From contig NIVC01000150.1 of the NCBI GenBank assembly GCA_002269645.1, positions 620,001-684,000 on the forward strand: a stretch of DNA of 64,000 nucleotides, written 5' to 3'. Positions 1 to 12,082 of this stretch are shown piece by piece (position 1 is the first letter of the stretch; each line of letters starts with the position of its first letter). A program made the position numbers and the translations under genes. The notes under the pieces are model-generated. The model made no database searches. It saw nothing but the letters and a program-made list of their open reading frames with translations, and was not told the DNA's origin. This DNA is from Macrostomum lignano (Eukaryota).

Positions 1-605
1 GTCAGTCAGTCAGTCAGTCACGTCAGTCAGTCAGTCAGTCAGTCAGTCAGTCAGTCAGTCAGTCAGTCAGTCAGTCAGTCACATCAGTCAGTCAGTCACA
101 TCAGTCAGTCAGTCACATCAGTCAGTCAGTCAGTCACGTCAGTCAGTCAGTCAGTCACATCAGTCAGTCAGTCACATCAGTCAGTCAGTCAGTCACATCA
201 GTCAGTCAGTCAGTCAGTCAGTCAGTCGGTCACATCAGTCAGTCAGTCACATCAGTCAGTCAGTCAGTCACGTCAGTCAGTCAGTCAGTCAGTCAGTCAG
301 TCAGTCAGTCAGTCAGTCAGTCAGTCAGTCAGTCAGTCACATCAGTCAGTCAGTCACATCAGTCAGTCAGTCAGTCACGTCAGTCAGTCAGTCAGTCAGT
401 CAGTCAGTCAGTCAGTCAGTCAGTCAGTCAGTCAGTCAGTCACATCAGTCAGTCAGTCACATCAGTCAGTCAGTCAGTCACGTCAGTCAGTCAGTCAGTC
501 AGTCAGTCAGTCAGTCAGTCAGTCACATCAGTCAGTCAGTCAGTCAGTCAGTCAGTCAGTCACATCAGTCAGTCAGTCAGTCAGTCAGTCACATCAGTTA
601 GTCAG
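1..605. repeat. (GTCA)n microsatellite with GTCACATCA interruptions, intronic
   Basis: Direct reading; ends just before the pyrimidine tract/acceptor at 638. Confidence 0.97.
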
Positions 606-638
606 TTAGCTAGTTACCTTGACCTTTCCTCTTTCCAG

Positions 639-791
639 TTCGTGCTGGTCCTGCTGGTGAAGGTGGCCTCCGGTCGCCAGAAGGAAGTGGACGATACTCG
701 CGAATTCGACGAGCGGGACAGCGAGAACGGCAGTGGCGGCCACGGGTCGCCAAAACGCTCGGAAGGAGAGAAGCGGAGCCACGCTGATTAG
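639..791 (+). CDS. CERS1: Terminal exon of a ceramide synthase 1 (LAG1/CERS1)-like gene; upstream exons outside the window
   Basis: Acceptor ccttgacctttcctctttccag|639; FVLVLLVKVASGRQKEVDDTREFDERD...SHAD*. KVASGRQKEVDDTREFD resembles the recalled CERS1 C-terminal motif KVLTGQVHELKDLREYD. Confidence 0.62.
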   Translation, partial: FVLVLLVKVASGRQKEVDDTREFDERDSENGSGGHGSPKRSEGEKRSHAD

Positions 792-2399
792 CCATGCAGG
801 GGTTTTGTTTTATTAATTTAAATCCCCCCCCCACCTGGGATGCGGGCGGGCAGGTTTTGCAGAGGGAGACACGGACCTTATGTTTTAAATGAAAACTTTT
901 TAGTTTAGTTATATAGATTTAATGTACATCAACTAATCGGAGTTATTACAAATCTAAACTACAAAATCACCGGGTCCGTGTTGCCCACTTGCCCCCCATA
1001 GCTGGCCCCGGGATCTTCAGTTTGCTTAATTTTGCTTTCGTCCCGAATTGTTTGCCTGCTCCACCCGACTCGGCCGATTCATTACACTTTCTGTTTCCTA
1101 TCCGCTGCATCGCCCAGTTTCGTCTCTAAACTCGCTTGCTCAGACAATTAATTCTCAGCGAGATAGCGTGTTACCAACTATTATATCATTATTTAATTTC
1201 TATTCGTGATTCTTGTCTTTGAGGCTTCCGTTAATATTTCTCTCCTCTGGGCCGCTCTGTTATCTTTAGTTTGTGTCCAATAGTGCCATAGTCTGGCCTC
1301 GCACCAACCTGATCATAAATCATTATAATTGCTGTCGCTTGTTTTGCTATCCTTCAATTGAATTTTTGTTTGTGTCACAAAATATTTACTAGCATCGTCT
1401 GAGCTACTTATATAATTAATCTAAATATAAGTAGTATGCATGCGCTTGACTGACTTTGCGGCTGGACGCTTGATTTGAAAAAGAAATTCACGACGCACGT
1501 TGTTTGTTGCGGCTGTTCTATGGGCAACAAATTTATGCTATAATTTACCTTTTATATTGCTGGCTGGTACAAATTAATTCACGCAGACTAAAGTGATCAA
1601 TCAAGTTTTTTATATTTTTATTATATGCTTAATATGAATATTCGTATTGATGTTAAGTCGATATTGCTTTGTCTTGTTTATTAAATTTTACTGTAATAGG
1701 AACTCCGATGACAATTCAATAGCACCAATGGCCACCTGTCATCTTCCTTGCAAATTGTCTACAAAATAGTTATTATCCGCTTACAAATTAAAATCTATTC
1801 AAAACGGTGACTCTATTTTGATCTTCTTACGGCCTTCTCAATTAGCTTTGTTATATAGTTTTGTTATACCAGACTTTGGCATAAAATTCTCGTTATCATA
1901 TCTTTTTTATTCTATATTTATAAAATATAATTTTTTTCTGCTCCAATATCGACACTCGTGGTTTGCATTATAGAACAATAAAAACTCTTAACACATAGCG
2001 ATACGGAAGCACAGAGCCTGCGAGCGGTCTTTGTGAGTTTCTTTTTCATTTGGAAATTTGAGGCAAAACGGGCATTTTCTTTATTTTATTCTTAGTTGGC
2101 GCCTTCATTACTACTGATGACAAAGAGAAAAGTAGTGTAAACAGGAAGCACTGGATTTTCATATGGAATTCTTACTTAAACGTACAGTGGAAGGCTGCGA
2201 TTCAAATAAATACCGAGAACAGAATGCAGAATTACAAAACAAATAATAAATATAATTATACCAGTTAAAGCTGGGAAAATCATTACCTATCAAATTGTAT
2301 CTAGCGAAAATGCATCAACTTGTAATAATAAGTATTAACTGCGTTTTTGTTTCGTCATAAATATAAATTTATTTTGACTAGTCTAGAAGTCAATTCTAT

Positions 2400-2650
2400 T
2401 TCCATTAATCCTTAATATCAATTATCCTTATTGGCTAGTCTAGCAATCCATTCTATATCAATTATCCTTATTGGCTAGTCTAGCAATCCATTCTATATCA
2501 ATTATCCTTATTGGCTAGTCTAGCAATCCATTCTATATCAATTATCCTTATTGGCTAGTTTAGCAATCCATCTTATATCAATTTTTCTTATTGGCTAGTC
2601 TAGTAATCCAGAGAATGTAATTGGCTAGTCTAGCAATTCAGAGAATGTAA
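2400..2650. repeat. 40-bp tandem repeat downstream of the DCP1 stop
   Basis: ATTATCCTTA recurs at 2421, 2461, 2501, 2541; unit TATCAATTATCCTTATTGGCTAGTCTAGCAATCCATTCTA. Confidence 0.9.
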
Positions 2651-2689
2651 CGCCAGAAATTCAGGCAACTGTCTACTAGAAGCAGACAG

Positions 2690-4602
2690 TCAGACGCCGC
2701 TAAGCCGTTTCTGCAGGCTGGCAATGTAGGCCTGGTGCAAGAGGCCAATGAGAGCGTCGTCCTGGTCCAGCAGGCAAGTCAGGCTGTCTCGCAGGAGGTC
2801 CTGCATCTGCCCGGTTAATGCTGATGTCGGAGCGGCTTCAAAGTCGCCCGCAGTTCCGGTATCTTCGCCGTCGGGCTGGCTTCGTTGCGGCGGCGGCAAC
2901 CGAGGCGACTCGAGCATGCCCGGGGTCAGCAGAAACTCCTCCTCCACTGGCGGGGGCGACGCCTGCAGTTGACGAATGAATGAATCCAAAATGAATCCGG
3001 AATCTGGGTACACTGTCTGGATGCACTAGTCTGTATCTGTCTGTCTGTCTGTCTGTCTGTGTCTGTCTGCCTGTCTGTCTGTGTGTCTGTCTGTCTATCT
3101 GTCTATCTGTCTGTCTGTCTGTCTGGCTGCCTGTCTGTCTATCTGTCTGTCTGTCTGTCTGGCTGCCTGTCTGTCTGCCTGTCTATCGCCTGTCAGTCCA
3201 GCACCCAGGACGCACAGGCCCGATCTCCCGCCAGTGGCAGCCGGCAGCCAGCCCCCCAGTCTCTGCTGCCGCACGAGTGTCGATGTTGATGCAGGCCGAG
3301 CCCGGCGAAGCCTCAGCCGCCGCCACCGCATTGTCCTCCGGCTGGGCCAGGCCGAGCTGCTCTCTGATCCGCCTGGCAACCTGCGGCCGGGGCGGCAACA
3401 TTGTGGGATCAGGATCCCAGGACTGGGATTCTAAGAATGCACACCAGACAGCAGCACCAGCATCCGCAGCTCACCATCTCGCAGGCCTGAGCTCCCTGAC
3501 CGGCCGCTGCTGTCGCCTCGTACTGCGCCTGCGCTCTGCCCAACATCTCCACTATGCTCTCGCTGGCAGACAGCGCGCCAGTCTCGGCCTGCTGAGCGGT
3601 GGCCACCTCGGCCGGGCCGTCCGCCAGCTGGGCCAGTCGTTTCGCCATCCGTTGGCAGTCGGCCTCGTCGCGAAACCAGACACCCCATTGGCCGCTGCCG
3701 AACAACAGAAACGGCGGCTGGGCGCGGGGCCAATCGGCGGCCGCTGCGGAGGCCAGCGGCTGCAGCCGGTCGGTTGGGCCGCAGCCAATCACGGCCAGGG
3801 CGTGCCGAGGCGAGCCCGACCGGCTGTACAGCACCAGGCGGACCTGTGCGGGGCAAGTGGGAGGGGCGGCTGTTGTGACCGAGGATGGCGCATATAGTGT
3901 GGCGTCGATGATGAGAATGGCGCCGATGATGAAGATTATGGCGCCGATGATGATGAAGATTATGGCGTCGATGATGATGAAGATTATGGCGTCGATGATG
4001 ATGACCATGGCGCCGACGATGAAGATTATGGCGTCGATGATGATGAGAATGGCGCCGATGATGATGAAGATTACGGCGCCGATGATGATGAAGATTATGG
4101 CGCCGATGATGATGATGATTATGGCGCTAACGACGGACCACGCCCCCGAAGACTGCCCATGCCACAAACGGCGATAAAAGGGAAGAAGAAGAAGATGATG
4201 ATGATGAGAATGGCGCGGATGATGATGAGAATGGCGCCGATGATGATGAAGATTATGGCGCTGATGATGAAGAGAATGACGCCGATGATGAAGAGAATGA
4301 CGCCGATGATGAAGAGAATGGCGCCGATGATGAAGATTATGGCGCCAATGATAATGATTATAATGATAATGAGAATGACGCAAATGATGATGAGGTTAAT
4401 GAAATGGCAGAACCAATCCCACAGGGCTCACCTGCTCCCCATCTTGCTCAGTCAGGCATTTGGTCCACAAGCCGTCAGTGTCACGCATATAGAAGTCGCA
4501 CGGGCCCAGCGACAGCTCCAGCAGTTCAGTGCAGGCCGGGTCTGCCCGCTGCACCCGGGATAGCGGCAGTGGCGGCAGCGCGGCTGGAGACGATGACGTC
4601 AT
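2690..4602 (-). CDS. DCP1: mRNA-decapping enzyme subunit DCP1, 4 exons
   Basis: complement(join(2690..2962,3216..3380,3475..3843,4432..4602)), all phase 0; exon 3 limits less certain. EVH1 domain (LSRVQRADP...LWTK; LVLYSRSGSPRH...PPFLLF...GVWFRDEADCQRMAK) and C-terminal trimerisation helix (LRDSLTCLLDQDDALIGLLHQAY) match recalled DCP1 motifs. Confidence 0.9.
3030..3200. repeat. (CTGT)n microsatellite in DCP1 intron 3
   Basis: Direct reading. Confidence 0.95.
3900..4395. repeat. GAT-rich ~21-24 bp minisatellite in DCP1 intron 1
   Basis: Units such as GGCGCCGATGATGATGAAGATTAT; source of the spurious His/Ile/Met ORFs. Confidence 0.92.
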
Positions 4603-4854
4603 AGCTTTAATTTTATTGTCGTTATAGTTGATCATTACAACAATTACAGTCAGGATCGCATGCTTTATCGTAATTAATGTAAAAGCTGAAATTTTACATG
4701 AACTGGAAGCTGGTAGTGAATAGTGCAAAACTGCATCGAAGCCAAATTTTTTATGAAACTGATTTTAAAGATTTTCAAAACAATATATGAAACAGAAATT
4801 TAAATTCCTTATATTTTCTGGTACATTTGGTATATAGAAATCAAATTAGTTAGA

Positions 4855-5260
4855 GAGATTATCTGAACTAGGGTTGAATAGAGGTCAAACGGGGTCAAGA
4901 GCGAAAGAGGGTCATAAAAGGACAAAAAGGAGGTCAAATAAGAACAAGAGAGGGGGTCAAATAGGGACAAGAGAGGGGTCAAATAGGAACTATAGGAGGG
5001 GTCAAATAGGGACAATAGGAGAGGGGGTCAAATAGGGACAATAGGAGGGGGTCAAATAGAGGGAGGAGGGTCGAGTAGAAACAAGAGAGAGGGGGTCAAA
5101 AAGGGACGAGAGGGGCAACTAGGGACGAGAGAGAGGGGGGTCAAATAGGAACAATAGGAGGGGGGTCAAATAGGGTCAATAGGAGGGGGGTCAAATAGGG
5201 ACAACGGGAGGGGGTCAAATAGTTTCAAGAGAGATGTGTCAAAAAGCGTCAACACGCTCA
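4855..5260. repeat. Degenerate G-rich repeat (GAGGGGGTCAAATAGGGAC) between ZFAND1 and DCP1
   Basis: About 15 copies of GGGGTCAAATAGG-like cores. Confidence 0.85.
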
Positions 5261-5389
5261 TATTTGTTTTTAATGAGGTCATTTAGGGTCAACAGGGGTT
5301 AATAAAGGTCAGACAGGGCTAAGAGAGGGAGGGCTGTGACACAATTAAAGCAGCAAGTTCAGGAAGACGCTTGGCAGGCCAAGCCCGGC

Positions 5390-6834
5390 CTAGAAGTCAG
5401 GAGCAGACGGCCAGTAGGTCAGGAGCAGACGATCCCCTTCTGCGAAGTCGCCACGCTGCAGGCAAGTTGCCAGACTGTCGCCAGCAGGCAGGGGAGCACC
5501 CAGCATAGAGTTGGGGTCTTCAACCGCCAGCGGCAGCAGCGAGAGCCGCTGATCCGCTGTCGACTGCTGCTGCTGCAGTTTGCGCACAGGCGGCACACCA
5601 AGGCGAGCTGCAAGACTGTCAGTCGCTTTGCCGACTGGCCAGTGTCGGGAGAAGAAGACTGGAACCGGCTGATGCTGCTGCTTTTGAATGTCTGGTTGAA
5701 CCTGAAGAGAAGGGATTTGCAGATTTGCAATTAAATTTACATTCAGCCCTGTCCACTCTTTAATGTACATTGAACCCTACCCACTCTTTAATGTACATTG
5801 AACCCTATCCACTCTTTAATGTACATTGAACCCTACCCACTCTTTAATGTACATTGAACCCTACCCACTCTTTAATGTGCATTGAACCCAATCCACTCTT
5901 TAATGTACATTGAACCCTACCCACTCTTTAATGTACATTGAACCCTACCCACTCTTTAATGTGCATTGAACCCAATCCACTCTTTAATGTACATTGAACC
6001 CTACCCACTCTTTAATGTACATTGAACCCTACCCACTCTTTAATGTGCATTGAACCCAATCCACTCTTTAATGTACATTGAACCCTACCCACTCTTTAAT
6101 GTACATTGAACCCAATCCACTCTTCAATGTACATTGAACCCAATCCACTCTTTAATGTACATTGAACCCAATCCACTCTTTATGTACATTGAACTCTATC
6201 CACTCTTTAATGTACATTGAACCATATCCACCCTTTAATGTACATTGAACCCAATCCACGCTTCAATGTACATTGAACCCAATCCACTCTTCAATGTACA
6301 TTGAACCCTATCCACTCTTTAATGTACATTGAACCCAATCCACCCTATCCAATCTTCAGTGTACATCCCACCCTATCCACTCCTCAATGTACACTCAGTA
6401 CAATGTACACCCAACCCTGAACAATCTCTCAATGCAGAACCAACCCTCCGCTCAATACAAACACAGATTTCCCAGAGCCAGCTCTCACCATAAAGTACAC
6501 TCTGTCTGCCTGCGGCACAGACTTATCCCCAACAGCCGACAGTCTCAGCTTCATCAGCGCCAACTGCCGCTCCTTCCGCTCCTGTCCGGGCTGCCGCAGT
6601 CGGTGCGGCTTGGCCGGCTCAGCGGATTTCCTGCTGTCGGCTTGGCGCAGCTGCTCAAGCAGGCCGTCGCTCAGTTTGGATTTGCTCACCGCTGCTGCCG
6701 GGTCCTGCTCACCAACTGGACGCTGTCGACGCTCGCACGGATGCGAGTCGCTAAATCGATGCGCCACGCAGACAAAAGTCCAGCTGATTGCAGTCGGGCT
6801 GGCAGCAGTGCAAGCCGATGTCCAGCTCAGCCAT
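5390..6834 (-). pseudogene. ZFAND1: AN1-type zinc finger protein 1, frameshifted and internally deleted as assembled
   Basis: Exons 6489..6834 (346 nt, not 3n) and 5390..5701. ATG 6834 gives MAELDIGLHCCQPDCNQLDF (human MAELDIGQHC...RDF), then stops at 6751; another frame continues CVAHRFSDSHPCE...ALMKLRLSAVGDKSVPQADRVYFM|VQP...FFSRHWPVGKATD. Confidence 0.85.
5752..6430. repeat. 28-bp minisatellite in the ZFAND1 intron
   Basis: CACTCTTTAATGTACATTGAACCCTACC; period 28 (5754, 5782...). Confidence 0.95.
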
Positions 6835-6954
6835 CTCAGCCAACTCAACTGCTGTAAGCGCCAGGGAAACTCCACTTTTAACAATACCTCATTTAATACA
6901 AATATTTCAAGTCTTCAAGAGCGTCGAGATTTCTTACTGCCTATCACCCACCTC

Positions 6955-7540
6955 TCACTCACTACCCCAAATATACGCACGCTCATCGCCAACCCCTCAT
7001 TCTCTACCCCAGTGTACGCACGCTCATCGCCAACCCCTCATTCTCTACCCCAGTGTACGCACGCTCATCGCCAACCCCTCATTCTCTACCCCAGTGTACG
7101 CACGCTCATCGCCAACCCCTCATTCTCTACCCCAGTGTACGCACGCTCATCGCCAATCCCTCATTCTCTACCCCAATGTACGCACAATCATCGCCAATCC
7201 CTCATTCTCTACCCCAGTGTACGCACGCTCATCGCCAATCCCTCATTCTCTACCCCAATGTACGCACAATCATCGCCAATCCCTCATTCTCTACCCCAGT
7301 GTACGCACAATCATCGCCAATCCCTCATTCTCTAACCCAGTGTACGCACGCTCATCGCCAATCCCTCATTCTCTACCCCAATGTACGCACAATCATCGCC
7401 AATCCCTCATTCTCTAACCCAGTGTACGCACGCTCATCGCCAATCCCTCATTCTCTAACCCAGTGTACGCACAATCATCGCCAATCCCTCATTCTCTAAC
7501 CCAGTGTACGCACGCTCATCGCCAACCCCTCATTCTCTAC
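6955..7540. repeat. 41-bp minisatellite between the AKR gene and ZFAND1
   Basis: GTACGCACGCTCATCGCCAACCCCTCATTCTCTACCCCAGT, about 14 copies. Confidence 0.95.
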
Positions 7541-8079
7541 AACAAAAGCAAAACATAGTAAAGAATTGAGAATTGATTTCTCGTTGATTCAATCAATTTG
7601 TTGATTTCATCTATAAAAATTGTATTTCATAAACAATTTGCACAGAAAGAGGTACTACAATCGAAGTACACAGTAATGAAAATCTAGGCGAAATCGTGAA
7701 AATTGCGAGGACAAAGCTAAATAAAAAAAATTAATATGGCAAAGAACTTCACATAGTCTAAGATAACAGAATAGAGTGAATGAATGAATGAATAAATTAG
7801 GAATAAATTAGAATCATTTATCGGTAATGAATTAAAAATTCATTATGAATTAAAAAAACTACGAACGTAACACTTAACGCCAAATTCAAGACACCCACCC
7901 CACGCCGATTAAGTACACCCATTCCACGCCAATTCCACGCCAAGAGTCACTTAATGAAAATTAAGTATACCCATTACCCACCCCACACCAATAAAAAACA
8001 CCCACCCCACACCATGTTTAAACACACCAATGCTAATTCAAGACAACAACCCCATGCCAATTAAGACAACCATCCCAGT

Positions 8080-10351
8080 CTACCACACGCAGTTGGCATT
8101 TCTAACTCTGAGCCGGTCAGCCGCCGCCGCATTTCTAGCCTGCATCTCGTAGGGATAGACTCGTTCAACATCAGACGCCATAGTTAAAGATTTCAGCTCG
8201 TCAGCTGTCAGACGCCAACTTTCGCAGGCCAGATTCTCGGCTAGCTGAGTTGGCGTCTTGGCGCCGATAATGACGGAGGCCACGGCGGGTTGGTGCAGCA
8301 GCCAGCGCAGGGCAACCTGGCTAGGCGGCACTCCGCGTTTAGAAGCAACACTGTTGACGGCCTCCATGACGCGCCAATAGGCGGGATCGGCGGAAAACTT
8401 GGCCCAGCTGGGATTGGCCTCGTTGGCAAAGCCTACCGTGGCACCCCAACCAACCCGGGTGCTGGCATCGGGTGCTGTTGCAGTGACAGCGCCGGCTGAG
8501 GTCTCGTTCGGTCGAGAGAATTTGCCTGCGAATTGAACGCATAAGATATGCAAGAGATGTAATAAGACAGGGAGTTTTGCTAAGTAGAAAGTTAAACGCT
8601 AACATGACTTTCGACGATTCTTCGCAACTCTACGATTCTACAACTCACGTGACGCGCTTGTGACGCAACAGTCGCCTCTCCGTCGCATTTGACGCGTTTG
8701 AGTCGTTAAAAAGTCACAAGAGTCGCCCCAGAATCGCTAGAGTCGCTAGTGAGGTGGTGCAATGACTCTTATGAGTAATGTTGCCCTTATGAGTTCGAAT
8801 AGCGTGACAGATTTACCCCAGACGTTTCATGATGGCTTAAACTGAAGACTGAAATATTCTTTAAAAATTTTTACCTTTTCCAAAAGAATCACAGAATACC
8901 GTACATAAAGTATTGGAAAATGGAAAATTCTCCCAACCTGTAAGCAAACCGCCCTTCAGCGGACTCCAAGCTAGTAGGCCGACACCTTCGTTGGCGCACA
9001 CTGGCAGCAGTTCGAGTTCGACCTGCCTGGACAGCAGACTGTACTGCTGCTGTAGGCACAGCACCGGCTCCAGGCCCAATCTCTCGCTGGTGCAGACTGC
9101 TTTCTGCAATTGCCAGCCGCTAAAATTGCTAACGCCAAAGTAGTGCACCCGGCCTGAGCGGATCAGGTCGTGAGCTGTACGCAGAGTCTCTTCAAGAGGC
9201 GTGGCCGCGTCGAAACAGTGCTGCTGCAGCAGGTCCACCTTGTTGGTTGGCAGGACAGATGTCGACTATTTTGTTTGTTACTAAAGATAATATGTTAATT
9301 TAAAGTAAAAGCGAAATAGGTGTTTAGGCGGAGAGTGAGGTGGGTGTTGGGGCAGGGAGTGAGGTGGGTGTTGGGGCAGGGAGTAAGGTGGGTGTTGGGG
9401 CAGGGAGTGAGGTGGGTGTTGGGGCAGGGAGTGAGGTGGGTGTTGGGGTAGGGAGTGAGGTGGGTGTTGGGGCAGGGAGTGAGGTGGGTGTTGGGGCAGG
9501 GAGTGAGGTGGGTGTTGGGGCAGGGAGTGAGGTGGGTGTTAGGGCGGGGATTAAGGTGGGTGGTCAGGGAGTGAGGTGGATGTTGGGGCAGGGAGTGAGG
9601 TGGGTGTTGGGCAGGGAGTGAGGTGGGTGTTGGGGCAGGGAGTGAGGTGGGTGTTAGGGCGGGGATTAAGGTGGGTGGTCATGGAGTGAGGTGGATGTTG
9701 GGGCAGGGAGTGAGGTGGGTGTTGAGGCAGGTAGTGAGGTGGTTGTTGGGGCAGGTAGTGAGGTGGATGTTGGGGCAGGGAGTGAGGTGGGTGTTGTGGC
9801 GTAGAATGAGGTAGGTGTTGGGGCAGGGAGTGAGGTGGGTGTTTGGGCAGGGAGTGAGGTGGGTGTTAGAACAGACAGTGGTGGGTGCGGGCGTTGAACA
9901 GCAGCAAGCCACTCACCCTGTCGGTGGCAAGCCTCTCCAGACTGTCATCCAGAGCGGCGATCATGTGCCGCCTGGATGCGCCCCGACAATTCTGATCCTG
10001 GCTCGAATCGTCCACAGGGCCGTAGAACTTGGTGGCCAACACCACGGATTGTCGGCAAGATCTGGCGGCTAGCCAAGAGCCAATGATCCGCTCCGATTGG
10101 CCGCTGTTGTACACACCGGCCGTGTCAATGAAGTTGCCTCCAGCTTGGACAAACTGATCGAGCAGGGCGTGCGAGCCGGACTCGTCTGTGTTGCCAGGCC
10201 GCTGCCCGGCCCCGAACGTCATGGTGCCCATGCACAGGGCGGACACTTTCACGCCACTCTGGCCCAGATAGCGGAAGCTCATCTGCGGCAGTTTGGCAGC
10301 CTGCTCTTCCGATTGGGATTGCGCGGTGTCGGCGCTTGACGTTGTTGCCAT
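8080..10351 (-). CDS. Aldo-keto reductase (YajO/aryl-alcohol dehydrogenase-like), 3 exons, 393 aa
   Basis: complement(join(8080..8525,8938..9238,9917..10351)); phases 0 and 1 consistent. Motifs [83 protein letters not shown]. Confidence 0.92.
9335..9870. repeat. 24-bp G-rich minisatellite in AKR intron 1
   Basis: GGGGCAGGGAGTGAGGTGGGTGTT. Confidence 0.95.
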
Positions 10352-11539
10352 GGTAACTAATTGAAGCACTGAAAATTCGCTATTGCAATAAGATGTTGAG
10401 GCTACTGGTTTCCGTGTGTAGGATTAGAAACTCTACTTGATAAAAATCTTGAGTTGAATTTTTTCAACTGTTTTTAAGGTTTGCAAAGCAGTATAATGAA
10501 GACGGAGTTATAGTTGTTGAGTGAGGCGTTGGTGACGTAATAGCAGGGTGACCGTGGGTGAGTGATGGAGTAGTTGGGTGACAGTGAGGTGGGTGACAGT
10601 AGGATGGCAGTGAGGACGGTTACAGTGAGGTGAATTCATACAGAACGAGTTGTTGCCGGCCGTTACAGGCCGTTACAACTGTGTCGCAAGAAAACTGGAG
10701 TCCACTATAATATAATATAACAAGGTACAGTGGTAATGCCATAAATAACTCAGACAGGAAGCATCGGTCAAATATGCCCATAAAGTAAAGTCAAGGTTGT
10801 CAAGTGTAACGCCGACACGCATATAAAGACCAGTTTTTGACTTGCTGCTCTTTTATTTTAAACAACAAAGGTTTTTTGTGTATCTGCACTACTAAAGCTA
10901 AACAGTTATTATGGCTATCTTTTAAATGAAAAACAAATTCACCAAAGTCAGTTATACAATACAGATAAGGTAGGCAATACATATAAAGCAATAAAATACG
11001 TAATTGTAAACATAAGTAGTATATCTGGTTTATTCTAGAATAAAACCGCAACGTAAGCGTTTGTGTCACACGGAGAACTACTATAACCATACGGGTCTGA
11101 CTTGCGCATACGGAGTACTTGCACGACAGTATCGCAAGGAAATGGTTTATTTTTTAAAAATCAATTCAAAATATAATTGAAGAGTATAAAAGAATCGATC
11201 AACTATAAGCGCACTAAATGGATGTAGTAGGCTTACGGTAATAGATAACCATTCTCTACAATTGTAGCGTTAGGAAAATAGTTCCAGTAAGCACAAACCA
11301 CAGCTATTACAGTTAAATAACTGATATGCCACTCGCAAATAAAGTTATGAAAAAGTCTACCCTTTCTACTCATTATTCAGAAGCTTCTCTGCGTGGTGTC
11401 ACTTAAATTCAATGCGGCAGCTAAAAATTTCCTTTCCTTCGGGGTTTGTGGCCCTCGGAGCGTAGGAGGAGCTTAAAAGTGAACAACAAACAGTTAACTC
11501 GATGTGCAAAAGTGAAGGCAAGACGGAAAAAACTCTGCC

Positions 11540-12082
11540 TAGGGACAGGCCCAATCTAGCTCAGCCAATGAGAGAGCGGTAAGGAGAGAAGTTAAAGTCA
11601 GACAGACGAAACTCAGACTGGGGGACAGGCCCAATCTAGCTCAGCCAATGAGAGAGCGGTAAGGAGAGAGGTCAAAGTCAGACAGACGAAACTCAGACTA
11701 GGGGACAGGCCCAATCTAGCTCAGCCAATGAGAGAGCGGTAAGGAGAGAGGTTAAAGTCAGACAGACGAAACTCAGACTAGGGGACAGGCCCAATCTAGC
11801 TCAGCCAATGAGAGAGCAGTAAGGAGAGAGGTCAAAGTCAGACAGACGAAACTCAGACTAGGGCAGGCCCAATCTAGCTCAGCCAATGAGAGAGCGGTAA
11901 GGAGAGAGGTCAAAGTCAGACAGACGAAACTCAGTCTAGGGGGCAGGCCCAATCTGGCTCAGCCAATGAGAGAGCAGTAAGGAGAGAGGTCAAAGTCAGA
12001 CAGACGAAACTCAGACTAGGGGAGAGGCCCAATCTAGCTCAGCCAATGAGAGAGCAGTAAGGAGAGAGTTTAAAGTCAGACA
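11540..12082. repeat. ~80-bp tandem repeat, about 7 copies, two CCAAT motifs per unit
   Basis: GGGGACAGGCCCAATCTAGCTCAGCCAATGAGAGAGCGGTAAGG...CAGACTA; period 80 (11544, 11624). Confidence 0.93.

Noticed and set aside
610-834. Minus-strand 74-aa ORF with an apparent donor at 617
   Set aside because: The + strand has a strong acceptor, a stop-terminated frame and a CERS1-like motif; the minus ORF is its antisense shadow.
3409-4563. His/Ile-rich and Met-rich long ORFs across DCP1 intron 1
   Set aside because: Products of the GAT repeat; clear splice sites at 4432 and 3843 remove it, and the exon 1 frame stops at 4396 if unspliced.
6610-7499. Overlapping + strand ORFs of 148-241 aa
   Set aside because: They cycle through the three frames of a 41-bp repeat.
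11540-12082. CRISPR-like appearance of the 80-bp array (also the 59-bp and 40-bp arrays)
   Set aside because: No unique spacers, no cas genes, eukaryotic context.
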